From NCBI RefSeq assembly GCF_001677475.2, contig NZ_CP015229.1: a DNA stretch of 64,000 bases; one strand, written 5' to 3'. The notes below the pieces were generated by a model. That model saw only the letters and a program-made list of their open reading frames with translations. It was not told where the DNA came from and made no database searches. Each line of letters opens with the position of its first letter. Position 1 is the stretch's first letter. Shown in pieces: positions 44,263-56,519 of this stretch. Position numbers and translations under genes: made by a program. The stretch comes from Escherichia coli (GTDB taxonomy: Bacteria > Pseudomonadota > Gammaproteobacteria > Enterobacterales > Enterobacteriaceae).

Positions 44263-45270
44263 GTGAAAAAGCAATGGATTGTTGGCACGGCGCTGCTTAT
44301 GTTGATGACTGGTAATGTCTGGGCAGATGGCGAACCACCAACTGAAAATATCTTAAAAGATCAATTCAAAAAGCAGTATCACGGCATTCTCAAGCTTGAT
44401 GCTATCACCTTAAAAAATCTTGATGCTAAGGGTAATCAGGCCACCTGGTCAGCGGAAGGCGATGTCTCTTCCAATGACGATCTCTATACCTGGGTCGGTC
44501 AGTTGGCAGATTACGAGCTGCTCGAACAGACCTGGACGAAAGATAAACCGGTAAAATTCTCGGCGATGTTAACCAGTAAAGGAACGCCCGCGTCTGGCTG
44601 GTCGGTGAACTTTTACTCTTTTCAGGCGGCAGCCAGCGATCGTGGGCGGGTGGTCGACGATATCAAAACGAATAATAAATATCTGATCGTGAATAGCGAA
44701 GATTTCAATTATCGCTTTAGTCAGCTTGAATCAGCGTTGAATACCCAGAAGAACTCGATTCCTGCGCTGGAAAAGGAAGTGAAAGCGCTTGATAAGCAAA
44801 TGGTGGCGGCGCAGAAAGCAGCGGATGCATATTGGGGAAAAGATGCAAACGGCAAGCAAATGACCCGCGAAGACGCCTTTAAAAAAATTCATCAACAGCG
44901 TGATGAGTTTAATAAACAGAACGATAGCGAGGCGTTTGCGGTTAAATATGACAAAGAGATTTATCAACCGGCGATTGCGGCATGTCATAAACAGAGTGAA
45001 GAGTGTTATGAAGTGCCGATTCAGCAGAAACGAGATTTCGATATCAACGAACAACGGCGACAGACTTTTCTGCAATCACAAAAAATTAGCCGTAAATTGC
45101 AGGATGACTGGGTAACGCTAGAAAAAAGGCAATATCCGTTAACGATGAAAGTTTCGGAAATAAACAGTAAAAAAGTCGCGATTTTGATGAAAATTGACGA
45201 TATCAATCAGGCTAATGAACGCTGGAAAAAAGATACCGAACAACTGCGGCGCAATGGGGTGATTAAGTAA
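44263..45270 (+). CDS. yggM: DUF1202 family protein
   Basis: 335 aa with signal peptide; synteny next to ansB. Confidence 0.85.
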   Translation: MKKQWIVGTALLMLMTGNVWADGEPPTENILKDQFKKQYHGILKLDAITLKNLDAKGNQATWSAEGDVSSNDDLYTWVGQLADYELLEQTWTKDKPVKFSAMLTSKGTPASGWSVNFYSFQAAASDRGRVVDDIKTNNKYLIVNSEDFNYRFSQLESALNTQKNSIPALEKEVKALDKQMVAAQKAADAYWGKDANGKQMTREDAFKKIHQQRDEFNKQNDSEAFAVKYDKEIYQPAIAACHKQSEECYEVPIQQKRDFDINEQRRQTFLQSQKISRKLQDDWVTLEKRQYPLTMKVSEINSKKVAILMKIDDINQANERWKKDTEQLRRNGVIK

Positions 45271-45285
45271 CTCATGTTAAGTGCC

Positions 45286-45326
45286 TTTGCCGGATAATAT
45301 AAAAGTTATCCGGCAAATTATTTTTT
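45286..45326. terminator. terminator hairpin after yggM
   Basis: GCCGGATAA...TTATCCGGC followed by a T-run. Confidence 0.6.
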
Positions 45327-46046
45327 ACATTAGCCCTAGTAGCTGTGGAATGAACAAGGATATTTGCGGAATGTAAGTGATCATCATCAACGCTACTAGC
45401 AATGCAGCATAAAATGGCAGCAATGGTTTGATTAAATGTTGAATCTTCACACCCGAGATAGAACAACCAACAAATAGCGCACTACCCACCGGCGGTGTTA
45501 ACAGCCCAATACAAAGGTTGGCCACCATCATAATACCGAAATGTACAGGGTCCATTCTCAGCTCTTGTGCAATCGGCAAGAAGATCGGTGTAAAGATTAG
45601 TACAGCCGGTGTCATGTCCATAAAGATGCCGACAATTAATAAGACGATATTAATCAGCAGCAATATGATCAGTGGGTTATCAGAAATCCCCATCAACGCG
45701 TCGCTGATCATATAAGGAATATCAGCATTGGTCATTGCCCAGGACATGCCCACGGAAAAACCGATCAACAGTAATACAATCGAAGTGGTAACAACCGATT
45801 CCAGAATCAGTTTGGGTAAGTCGCGCCATTTTACTTCCCGGTAAATCAGCACCGAGAGAATAAATGTGTAGACAACGGCAATTGCTGACGCTTCAGTTGC
45901 GGTAAAAATGCCGCCCAGAATGCCGCCCATCACAATGAACACCAGAAGCAAACTTGGTAGGGCATCCAGAAACGCTTTACAGGCCTGAGCAAAGGTTGCT
46001 CTTTCTGAAAGTGGGTAACCACGGCGTTTAGCAATAATGGCGCAGA
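45325..46046 (-). pseudogene. TRAP large permease (DctM family), C-terminal fragment
   Basis: Hydrophobic frame running from the IS66 junction at 46046; in-frame continuation (...VVCA|IIAKRRGYPLSERATF...) of the fragment at 13921-14507. Confidence 0.75.
46040..46046. repeat. 7-bp direct repeat (GCGCAGA, reverse complement of TCTGCGC), right copy of the dctM target duplication
   Basis: Matches 14501-14507 in reverse complement; both abut IS66 ends. Confidence 0.6.
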
Positions 46047-46076
46047 GTAAGCGTCAACGGAGCACCGTATTGACGC

Positions 46077-47669
46077 TTATTTATTGGTGAGAACCACGTT
46101 CCATGGCAGGAGTTCGTCAACACGGTTGGAGGGCCATTCCGGCAGTACGCTCAGAATATGGCGCAGATACGCTTCCGGATCGATACCGTTCAGACGGCAG
46201 GTGCCGATCAGCCCGTATAGCAGTGCACCACGCTCGCCACCGTGATCGCTACCGAAGAACACGTAATTTTTCTTTCCAAGACAGACTGCACGAAGCGCTC
46301 TTTCCGCTGTGTTATTGTCCGTCTCCGCCAGTCCGTCATCACTGTAATAACAGAGGGCGTCCCACTGATTCAGTACATAGCTGAACGCTTCGCCCAGTCT
46401 GGATTTTTTCGACAGCGTGCCATTCTTCTCCACCATCCATTCATGCAGCGACGTCAGTAACGCTTTGCTTCGCTGCTGTCTGACTGCAAGACGCTCTGAC
46501 TCTGGTAATCCCCGTATTTCATCCTCGATGGCGTACAGTTCACTGATTCGCTTCAGGGCTTCTTCTGCCGTCGCACTTTTGCTGCTGATGTATACATCGT
46601 GGATTTTTCTCCGGGCATGGGCCCAGCACGCAACTTCTGTCAGCGCACCACCTTCACGTTCTGCACTGAACAGCCTGTCATAACCTGTGAACGCATCCGC
46701 CTGCAGGATACCCCGGAAGGGGCGGAGGTGTTGCTCCGGGTGTTTCCCCTGCCGGTTCGGTGAGTACGCGAACCAGACCGCCGGAGGAGATGACGAACCC
46801 GCATTGCGATCATCCCGGACATACGTCCAGATGCGCCCTGTTTTCGTCTTTTTCAAGCCCGGTGCCAGTACCTTTACCGGTGTGTCGTCAGTGTGAAGCT
46901 TGCGGGTATTCATCACATAACGGTACAGGGCATCATTCAGCGGCATCATTAACTGGCAGCACGCGTCAACCCAGTTGGAGAGTAATGCACGGCTCAGTTC
47001 GACACCCTGTCGGGCAAAGATTTCACTCTGACGATACAGTGGCAGGTGTTCGCAGTATTTTCCCGTTAACACGCGGGCAAGTAATCCGGGGCCCGCGATA
47101 CCACGCTCTATCGGGCGGGACGGCGCCGGTGCTTCAATGATGCAGTCACATTTTGTACAGGCTTTTTTTACCCGTTCTGTGCGGATCACTTTCAGGGCGC
47201 TGCTCACCAGTTCCAGCTGCTCAGTACTGACTTCCCCCAGATAATCCAGCTCGCCGCCACATTCCGGGCAACAACTTTCTTCAGACTCCAGACGGTGTAT
47301 TTCACGGGGAAGGTGTGCCGGTAACGGACGACGATGGCGCGACTGTCGCAACTGGCGGGGAACCTGTGGATCGTCTTCCCGCCCACTGTAACGATCGCTG
47401 TCCTGTTCGCGTTGTTTCAGCAGGGCCTCAGCCTGTTCAACTTCACGACGCAGTTTTTCAGAACGGGTACCGAACAGCATCCGGCGCAGTTTTTCTATCT
47501 GAGCCCGCAGATGTTCTATTTCCCGTTCATCTTCTTCGATCTTTTCTTCGGCACGTGCCAGTGCAGAGCGCAGGAAGGCCTCCGTCTCTTCAACCAGACT
47601 CAGTTGCTGGTCTTTCTGACGGAGCTGGCTTTCCAGTTCTGCAATGCGAATGAGGTATTTCTGACTCAT
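46077..47669 (-). CDS. IS66 family transposase (TnpC)
   Basis: 530-aa translation identical to that of copy 1. Confidence 0.9.
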   Translation of the reverse strand: MSQKYLIRIAELESQLRQKDQQLSLVEETEAFLRSALARAEEKIEEDEREIEHLRAQIEKLRRMLFGTRSEKLRREVEQAEALLKQREQDSDRYSGREDDPQVPRQLRQSRHRRPLPAHLPREIHRLESEESCCPECGGELDYLGEVSTEQLELVSSALKVIRTERVKKACTKCDCIIEAPAPSRPIERGIAGPGLLARVLTGKYCEHLPLYRQSEIFARQGVELSRALLSNWVDACCQLMMPLNDALYRYVMNTRKLHTDDTPVKVLAPGLKKTKTGRIWTYVRDDRNAGSSSPPAVWFAYSPNRQGKHPEQHLRPFRGILQADAFTGYDRLFSAEREGGALTEVACWAHARRKIHDVYISSKSATAEEALKRISELYAIEDEIRGLPESERLAVRQQRSKALLTSLHEWMVEKNGTLSKKSRLGEAFSYVLNQWDALCYYSDDGLAETDNNTAERALRAVCLGKKNYVFFGSDHGGERGALLYGLIGTCRLNGIDPEAYLRHILSVLPEWPSNRVDELLPWNVVLTNK

Positions 47670-47699
47670 GGCCGTTTTTATAATGCGGCCAGGCGTTTT

Positions 47700-48050
47700 T
47701 TACAACATTGTCAGGGCGTTAAGGCGGGATGTTTTTGGCTGACGCCAGTCCAGCTTATCGAGGAGCATTGCCAGTTGCGAGCGGGTAATGGATACCTTAC
47801 CGTCACGCACCGCAGGCCAGATAAACTGGCCTTCCTCCAGGCGTTTGGTGAACAGGCACAGACCATCAGCATCAGCCCAAAGAATTTTAACGGTGTCACC
47901 CCGTCGGCCACGGAAGATAAACAGGTGACCGGAGAAGGGATTAACATTTAACACATGCTGTACCTGTTCACCCAGCCCGTTGAAAGACTTACGCATATCG
48001 GTTATCCCGGCAACGAGCCAGATACGGGTACCGGATGGGAGTGAGATCAT
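47700..48050 (-). CDS. IS66 family accessory protein (orfB/TnpB)
   Basis: Identical translation to copy 1. Confidence 0.85.
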   Translation of the reverse strand: MISLPSGTRIWLVAGITDMRKSFNGLGEQVQHVLNVNPFSGHLFIFRGRRGDTVKILWADADGLCLFTKRLEEGQFIWPAVRDGKVSITRSQLAMLLDKLDWRQPKTSRLNALTML

Positions 48051-48466
48051 CTTCCCCTCCCGGTCAGTTCACGAATCAATACAGTGAGCAGCTCTGGTGA
48101 AGGATTTTCCAGCGTCATGTTACCGTGACGGAACTCCACCTTGCAGGAGCTGGCACTGACAGTAGTCTGAGTGGATAAGGGCGGAGTAAGAGCAGCCATC
48201 GGTTCTTTCGGCTCATCAGAGGTTATCTCTACAGGTAATAATTCAAGGCCTGCATCAGAAGTGGTTGTCACCGGAAGACGCCGTGATATACGCCCTTCGT
48301 TTTGCCAGAGTCTGAGCCATTTGAAAATAACATTATCATTGACGCCATTTTCTCGTGCAATCTGAGCCACACAAGCACCGGGTTGTGATGCCAGTTCAAC
48401 CATACGAAGTTTGAATTCATTCGAATACTTTTTACGAGGTTCTTTTCGCCAGTCCTGTAATTCCAT
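48047..48466 (-). CDS. IS66 family accessory protein (orfA/TnpA)
   Basis: Identical translation to copy 1. Confidence 0.85.
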   Translation of the reverse strand: MELQDWRKEPRKKYSNEFKLRMVELASQPGACVAQIARENGVNDNVIFKWLRLWQNEGRISRRLPVTTTSDAGLELLPVEITSDEPKEPMAALTPPLSTQTTVSASSCKVEFRHGNMTLENPSPELLTVLIRELTGRGR

Positions 48467-48551
48467 ACTTAGATGTCCGTCTGTGTCAGATGGGCGTCTA
48501 AGTTACCAATTCTTGTCTAATGGCTACATACGGCGGTCGGTTTACGCTTAC

Positions 48552-48559
48552 CGCTGGCC
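48552..48559. repeat. 8-bp target-site duplication (CGCTGGCC), second copy
   Basis: Reverse complement of GGCCAGCG at 17013-17020. Confidence 0.8.
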
Positions 48560-48880
48560 TACACGCAGCGGCTTAAGGAAGCCGGATTACTGGCATCAAC
48601 AGGGAGTACTGGTGACTCGTATGACAACGCGATGGCGGAGAGCATCAATGGTCTTTACAAAGCGGAGGTAATACACCGTAAGAGCTGGAAAAACCGGACA
48701 GAAGTGGAACTGGCCACACTAACGTGGGTGGACTGGTATAACAATCGACGATTGCTGGAAAGGCTGGGCCATATTCCTCCGGCAGAAGCAGAAAAAGCTT
48801 ATTATGCTTCCATCGGAAATAATGATCTGGCAGCCTGAGTTCACAGATAAAATACTCTCCAGGAAACCCGGGGCGGTTCA
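48552..48880 (+). mobile_element. IS629 (IS3 family), right 329 bp with the 3' end of orfB and the right terminal repeat
   Basis: Encodes YTQRLKEAGLLASTGSTGDSYDNAMAESINGLYKAEV...; terminal repeat ...CCCGGGGCGGTTCA at 48880. Confidence 0.8.
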
Positions 48881-49682
48881 TTCCGCCGGTGATGGCTGTG
48901 TCAGAAACTGCCATCCCGGAATGGCCACGCAGACCGCCAGCAATGCCGTACAGACACCTGTAACAAACGTTTTCAAAAACGTGAGCGGGGATTTTTGAAG
49001 GAAGAGTGTGGGCTCTGTTTTTGTTTCAGAAACAACATACACCAGACGGGAGTGCGGCAGGGTCTGATGTTCCTGCACATCCGGAGCTTCAAGCCTGAGT
49101 GCCTGCGCCAGTAGCGTTACCGGAGACGATACTTCCCCCTGCACAGGCTGGTTCTCCAGGCGGGTGATATATCCCTTCACCATGGCTTCCGGTAAAGCCA
49201 CTTTACTGCTCTGTTTAAGTTCGTGCCAAGCCTGCGTATTTTCATGGAAGGAGATCACTCAGTGTCTTCAGGAATGTTTCGGTCTGATACAGCAGGGGCA
49301 GGTTGCCACGGTTATCCGGAGGCATGGCCCGGAGCGTTTTTTGCAGACGGTTGAACAGACCGGTAATAATTTCCAGCCGGGAGTGTGTATTCAGCGGCCA
49401 CATCACTGACCAGTGATGCCGGGTCAGCGCAGCAATCAGAGCCAGCCCTTCATTCAGACCACTTAACCCTGTTGTATGCATCCGGGCAATGGTGTACCAG
49501 GATGCCGTCTGTAATTCCACACCATTGTGTTCATACAGACGCAGGCAGAGCGTTTCCACGTAACGCCAGTCCACATCAGGGCGTGCCGGGTGGGTCAGTT
49601 TGCTGATTTCATCGCGCAGGGCAGCATAATCCGGTAATGACCGGGGGTCACCACCGGTTTTCAGTTTCACTTCAGAAGTCAT
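48881..49682 (-). pseudogene. N-terminal part of a TssA/ImpA-like gene (frameshifted, truncated by IS629)
   Basis: ORF 49242-49682 (…GGDPRSLPDYAALRDEISKL…WRYVETLCLRLYEH…, ImpA-N-like) and overlapping out-of-frame ORF 48878-49258 ending inside the IS629 terminus. Confidence 0.45.
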
Positions 49683-50075
49683 CGGCAGATTCAGTGTTTA
49701 GGTATTAAACCATTGTTAATTATAGGGAGAGAGTCAGTGCGATACCGTTACCCAGGAAAGGTATTCCACTGCGCAGATGATTGCCGGTGTCACATCCCAC
49801 CGCCGTTTCAGAACCGGTAACAGCTCATTAAGGTTTCTGATATAACGCTCAGTGAAAACCGGACTGATTACAGGTAATGGTGATATGACAGGTATCGTTG
49901 CCAATATACACGGCTTCCAGAGGTATGAATCTTACATTCCAGTACCAGGAGTACGGCGAGTGGTTCAGATGAAAAAGACGCATCTGAATATCGTTAAATA
50001 ACGGGTTCATGGCGAATTAAATAAACCTGATAATAACAGTATGGGGAAAGTCCGGAATAAAGAAATGGTCCGGTA

Positions 50076-51863
<1,788 letters not shown>

Positions 51864-52055
51864 AAACGCACCTTAATCTGTGAACAAAAAAATAATCACC
51901 ACCGACACCCACGACGTTATATCGTGGGTGTCGTTTTATTCAGAAATAAAAAACAGAATCATTAACATGACCGGAATACTGTGAACCATGCTGCAGGATA
52001 TCTGCAGATATCCCTCCTGTTATATCCGGCCGGAATAAAATCAGAACACTGATTG

Positions 52056-53300
52056 TCAGGCAGCTTCATTTTCCGCGTACTCCAGACTCTGCAGATACTG
52101 CAGCGCCGCCGGATCAGCCACATATTCCACCTGCCCGTGGTGACGCTCCACTTCATTAATGATTCTCTCAAGTTTCACGCGGAAAAATTCTTTACGCAGG
52201 TTAATCCTGTTAATGCGGTATTTTTCCAGACTGTCATGAAGTGTTTTTTCCAGCGCGGGCGCATCATCACAGGAAATCATGGCGTGAACATCAAAATCAA
52301 ACGGAACAGAAGCACCACTTAACTCTTTGACCCTGTCCATGGGTTCCAGCCGTCGGGTCATACCAATTTTAAAGACATCCTCACCAAACGAACCAATATT
52401 CGAAATGATATAAACATGCCCCTGTTTCGTAAGCTGAGCCATGGATTTAGCACGTTCATACTGCGCATGCGCTTCCTGAATTTTCTGTTCCAGCGCCAGG
52501 CGTTGTTTCTCTAACGCCTCCCTGTGAGCCCCTTCTGCTGCACGCAGCGCCTCTTCAATCAGTTTCTGCTGCTCAGCAAGACGCCGTTCTTCCTCTTCCG
52601 CTTCCCGCTGGCGCCGGTCAAGTTCATCCTGACGCTCTTTTTCTTCACGCATCTGACGCTTAAGCTCTGCCTGATATTCCTTTTCTTCCTGCGCTTTTTC
52701 CAGTAATGCCACTTTGTCCAGAAACTGTTGCCTGACACTCTCCCAGTCAGAATTATCTTCCAGGTTAAGAAAGGCTATTTTCTCACTGACAGCAGCGTAA
52801 GCCTCTCTTTCCTTACGAAGCTGATCATATTTGTTTTGCCAGTTATTAATCGTTACACCAGCCAGCAGAGTTTTCGCCTTAAATTTCCAGGCGGAATCAA
52901 CAATCCGTTGCATTGCACGGCTGGCCTTCTGTCTGGCGGTATGAAACTCCTCACGACGTCTGGCAAGTTGCTTCTTTTCCTGTCGTATTCCCCGGGCTAT
53001 CGCGGCATTGACAGTTTCATTAAAATCCCGCTCCCTCTGAACCAGCTCCGAAACGGCCTGCTCAAAGGCTGCTGTTTTCTTTCTGAGTCTCCGGTAAATA
53101 AAAAAACGAAGTAAAATTGCAAATACAGTAAGCAAACCAAAAAACAAACCAATAATACCTGCCGGATTCGATACTGCATCAATAAAGCGCTCATTAAGAT
53201 TTATCAGCGCCCTGACCGCCACATAAATCCCCCAGAGAATAACGCAAATTAAAATCAGGACAAATCCCGCTGCATTATCATCTTTTTTTCTTCCTGCCAT
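52056..53300 (-). CDS. membrane-anchored coiled-coil protein with C-terminal T5orf172/GIY-YIG-like domain (DUF4041-like architecture)
   Basis: 414 aa; N-terminal hydrophobic helices, long E/R/Q-rich coiled coil, C-terminal GHVYIISNIGSFGEDVFKIGMTRRLEPMDRVKEL. Confidence 0.6.
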   Translation of the reverse strand: MAGRKKDDNAAGFVLILICVILWGIYVAVRALINLNERFIDAVSNPAGIIGLFFGLLTVFAILLRFFIYRRLRKKTAAFEQAVSELVQRERDFNETVNAAIARGIRQEKKQLARRREEFHTARQKASRAMQRIVDSAWKFKAKTLLAGVTINNWQNKYDQLRKEREAYAAVSEKIAFLNLEDNSDWESVRQQFLDKVALLEKAQEEKEYQAELKRQMREEKERQDELDRRQREAEEEERRLAEQQKLIEEALRAAEGAHREALEKQRLALEQKIQEAHAQYERAKSMAQLTKQGHVYIISNIGSFGEDVFKIGMTRRLEPMDRVKELSGASVPFDFDVHAMISCDDAPALEKTLHDSLEKYRINRINLRKEFFRVKLERIINEVERHHGQVEYVADPAALQYLQSLEYAENEAA

Positions 53301-53455
53301 GACTTTCCTTTATTTTCCTTCTCAGTAACTGAATATTTATGATTAACGCCCTCCGGAAATATTTATACCCGGAAGGTTGTCCGGCTTTATGATGCCCGCC
53401 ACTACAGAATTAACTGCAGGCTGAGCACAGATTCCTCTGCTATTTCAGTGTCAGA

Positions 53456-53857
53456 TTAATACTGATTACCGGAACAAATGGGCAGATGCGTAAATCCGGG
53501 TTTGCTGGCCATATAAAGCGGCGCACAGGTGGGTTTACGGGGTTCAGTGACCGGTACAGCCTCATTTTTCTCAGCCACCGACGGTTGTGACACCTTCCGG
53601 GCAGCCGCTGATTTTTTCTTCTGAACCGGCTTAGTGGCGACTGGTGATTTCACCTGACGTCTGGCGGGTGCCACGCCATAACCGGAACAAAAGCGCTTCG
53701 ACTGACTCAGACTTCCGTCATTGCAGACAAAACGTCCGTCCGACGTGCAGTGTGAAATACCACCTTTAGCACCCGAGCAAGGCTTTCTTCCCCGTGCTGC
53801 ATCTGCCTGAACAGAAAATAAAATACCTGCTAACAGAAGATATATAAATTTATTCAA
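53456..53857 (-). CDS. small secreted Cys-containing hypothetical protein
   Basis: 133 aa with signal peptide MNKFIYLLLAGILFSVQADA and several Cys; immediately upstream of the DUF4041-like gene on the same strand. Confidence 0.4.
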   Translation of the reverse strand: MNKFIYLLLAGILFSVQADAARGRKPCSGAKGGISHCTSDGRFVCNDGSLSQSKRFCSGYGVAPARRQVKSPVATKPVQKKKSAAARKVSQPSVAEKNEAVPVTEPRKPTCAPLYMASKPGFTHLPICSGNQY

Positions 53858-55056
53858 TCGAATATCCCCGAATAATCATTTAGCATTTTTAACTATTAAA
53901 TTTACAGAGTTTCGGTCAATTCCTGCATCTTCACCACCTGGCTCAACTTTCTCCTTGTTCGTTGCACCAGGCCAGTTCCTTACCCGGATCAGGTTATTTG
54001 TTTTCGTAAGTATTGCCTCCGCTCAGCAACCTGAAGAGATAAAAGCAATAATAATGCAGAAATCAGCATCCGGGATAAAAAAGACCGATGGTTCCAGTAT
54101 GAGTTTTGCGCTTCAGATACTACGCACCTGCAACATGCTTTTTAGCAAAATAAAAACCTTTTGTTCATTGTATATCAACAATTGTCCAGCAACCTCCTGT
54201 CGATGCCTCCCACCATTTTTGCAATGGCACGCTACCGCCCTCCCGGAATTTACCTGCGTCAACAGGCACCAGAGCCCTGAGCAAAAAATAAACCATTTTC
54301 GACTGATTTAAATTTGACCATTATGGAATAATGATCAACAAAACATTAATATTACAGATATATCGAACAATACAACAGCAGCATACTGCTTATTATTCTG
54401 ACAATGATCACAAAACCAAAACACCGGTCAGCCCACTGATTTTGTTGCTGAACCCGGTATATCCACCGGTTTTCCACAGCCCGGGAGGAAGAGAGCATCA
54501 TAAGGCGTGATAGTGCCTCCGAACTCCACGGCTCCCTGAAAGCCCCCACCGGACTGCCATCCGGTATCAGCAGAAACTTTTCCGCAAATTAATAAAGAAA
54601 GAGAAAAGACAATAATAAGTAAAATATCAATTACAGCATCCTGACGCACATCCACTCCCCTCTGAGACTCCTTCACCTGTATTATTCACTCGTGGTGAAA
54701 TTTCTTTTATTTTTCTGTAAACCTCACTGAAGTCATCTTCCACCATTACATGACCTTCAATTCCCCTGATATGAAGTTCACAAAAAATACCTTTCTGAAC
54801 GACGAAACTGATATCTTTTATATTCACCAGAAGATTTCGCCCCTGCCTGCTGACAAAGTGAATAAACACGTCTGCCACTCAACACAAAAACATGAACAAA
54901 AGAATAAAAAACAAAAAAAGTCGAAGTTAAGAAGAAAAACTCTGCCGGAGTCTGAAAAATGCGATGTGGCACATCATTTGTCAGAAATAAAATGAAATTA
55001 CTTAAATGTATTTAATTTTATTTTTCAGGAGTGACTTACTGATTACACAGCTGGCG

Positions 55057-55815
55057 TTACCTGTACTCACAACAAAATGTATCCACTTTTTCCGGTCTGC
55101 CGAAATAAAACCCCTGCAGATAATCCACCCCCATAGAGCACAGACAGTTCACCTGCGCCTGTGTTTCCACACCTTCTGCCACCGTATCAATACCCAGCTT
55201 TCCTGCCAGCCCGACAATACTTTCCACGATATGCCGGGATGTCTTTTCACTCAGAATGTCCTGTGTGAAGCTTCTGTCCATTTTTATATAACTGACCGGG
55301 AAGTGCTTCAGGTACGACAGTACGGAACATCCGGTTCCGAAATCATCCAGCGCAAATGCCACTCCGGCATCACTCAGCCGGCTCAGTTTCTCTTCGGTCT
55401 GTCTGTCCATGTTAAACGGCTGCTGCTCCGTCAGCTCCAGAACCAGATGTATGCTGTCATGCCCTGCCAGCGCCAGACACATCTGAGTGAACTCACGCTC
55501 AGCCAGCAGGGCCGGCGTCACGTTCACGGCAAGCCGGAAACCACGCGGCAGCATGGCTTTAACCTCCGAAAGCCCTGCCACCGCACGGTTCAGGATTTTT
55601 TCCGTCACAGGCAACAACAGACCGGCAGATTCCACCCGGTTAATGAAATATGCCGGCGGAAGGATTTCTCCCGTCGGCATATGCCAGCGAACCAGAAGCT
55701 CTGCACCGGACATAGTAAGGTTGGATGCAGAAACCACCGGCTGGAGATACGGTTCAAACTCCCCGTTACTGAGCGCACGCATCAGTCTGTCTGCGGATAC
55801 AAAATCACTGTCCAT
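55057..55815 (-). CDS. EAL-domain protein (putative c-di-GMP phosphodiesterase)
   Basis: 252 aa with ELTE (EAL-type) and DDFGTG motifs. Confidence 0.7.
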   Translation of the reverse strand: MDSDFVSADRLMRALSNGEFEPYLQPVVSASNLTMSGAELLVRWHMPTGEILPPAYFINRVESAGLLLPVTEKILNRAVAGLSEVKAMLPRGFRLAVNVTPALLAEREFTQMCLALAGHDSIHLVLELTEQQPFNMDRQTEEKLSRLSDAGVAFALDDFGTGCSVLSYLKHFPVSYIKMDRSFTQDILSEKTSRHIVESIVGLAGKLGIDTVAEGVETQAQVNCLCSMGVDYLQGFYFGRPEKVDTFCCEYR

Positions 55816-56386
55816 ACTGTCGGTCTTCCATTTTATGAACCTCCCGGTCCAGCCCGGTCATCAACAGCATCCTGAAATCCCTGACGCCCACATTCTCTGC
55901 CAGCCGGGCATAATGCCAGTACAGCCCCCGTTCACTCTGTTTCAGATTCAGGGGACGGTCTCTTCCTCTCTCAGAAAGACGCTTCAGTGCCTGTCGTTGT
56001 CCGGACGTCAGGCGGAATTTACCGGTACGGGCTGTCTTTCTGTTCAGTGCCATGCGGACAGTTCTTTCCAGGCACGACAGCGACATGCATCCGCTGTACA
56101 CCGGGCAGATATTTCGCAACACCTTCAGCATTTCCAGCCTTTCCGGTACCAGAACCAGCATTTCACCGGGCATTTCTGCCCTCAGTTCACGTATCCAGGA
56201 CAGATGACGCCCCCAGCCCGTAACAGGCTCTGCACTCAGCGCCACAATAATCAGGTCCCAGCCATGCCGGGCACAGGGATACCCCGGAGGTACACGGTAA
56301 ACGTTGTGGCCCTGTGCGGATAACAGGTGCCACAGCCCTGTCAGCTCATACCAGCAGGTTCCGGTCAGAAGGATTTTTTGCCTCAT
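55805..56386 (-). CDS. putative regulatory protein downstream of the fimbrial genes
   Basis: ORF with ATG at 56386; helix-turn-helix-like C-terminal region; family not determined. Confidence 0.35.
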   Translation of the reverse strand: MRQKILLTGTCWYELTGLWHLLSAQGHNVYRVPPGYPCARHGWDLIIVALSAEPVTGWGRHLSWIRELRAEMPGEMLVLVPERLEMLKVLRNICPVYSGCMSLSCLERTVRMALNRKTARTGKFRLTSGQRQALKRLSERGRDRPLNLKQSERGLYWHYARLAENVGVRDFRMLLMTGLDREVHKMEDRQYGQ

Positions 56387-56519
56387 ACTTACGACCTTCA
56401 CCACATCAGTACCGCACAGAACATCACCAGTGTCAGTACCAGACATGCCATACAGGTTGCTGCCACACAGACACCAACCACCCACCACATCGGTATTAAC
56501 ACTTTTCGTTGCCGGGCCA

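Larger units (their letters stand above)
46047..48551 (-). mobile_element. IS66-family insertion sequence, copy 2 (2505 bp, inverted relative to copy 1)
   Basis: Same ends and the same three ORFs as copy 1; encoded proteins identical to copy 1 in the ORF track. Confidence 0.9.

Noticed and set aside
49683-50075. Short ORFs in the spacer between the TssA-like fragment and the NERD-helicase gene
   Set aside because: Below 60 codons with no recognisable motif; probably non-coding spacer or promoter region.
53955-54995. Small ORFs in the AT-rich stretch between the small secreted protein gene and the EAL gene
   Set aside because: Overlapping, mutually exclusive short ORFs in very AT-rich DNA with no motifs; more likely intergenic or decayed sequence than genes.
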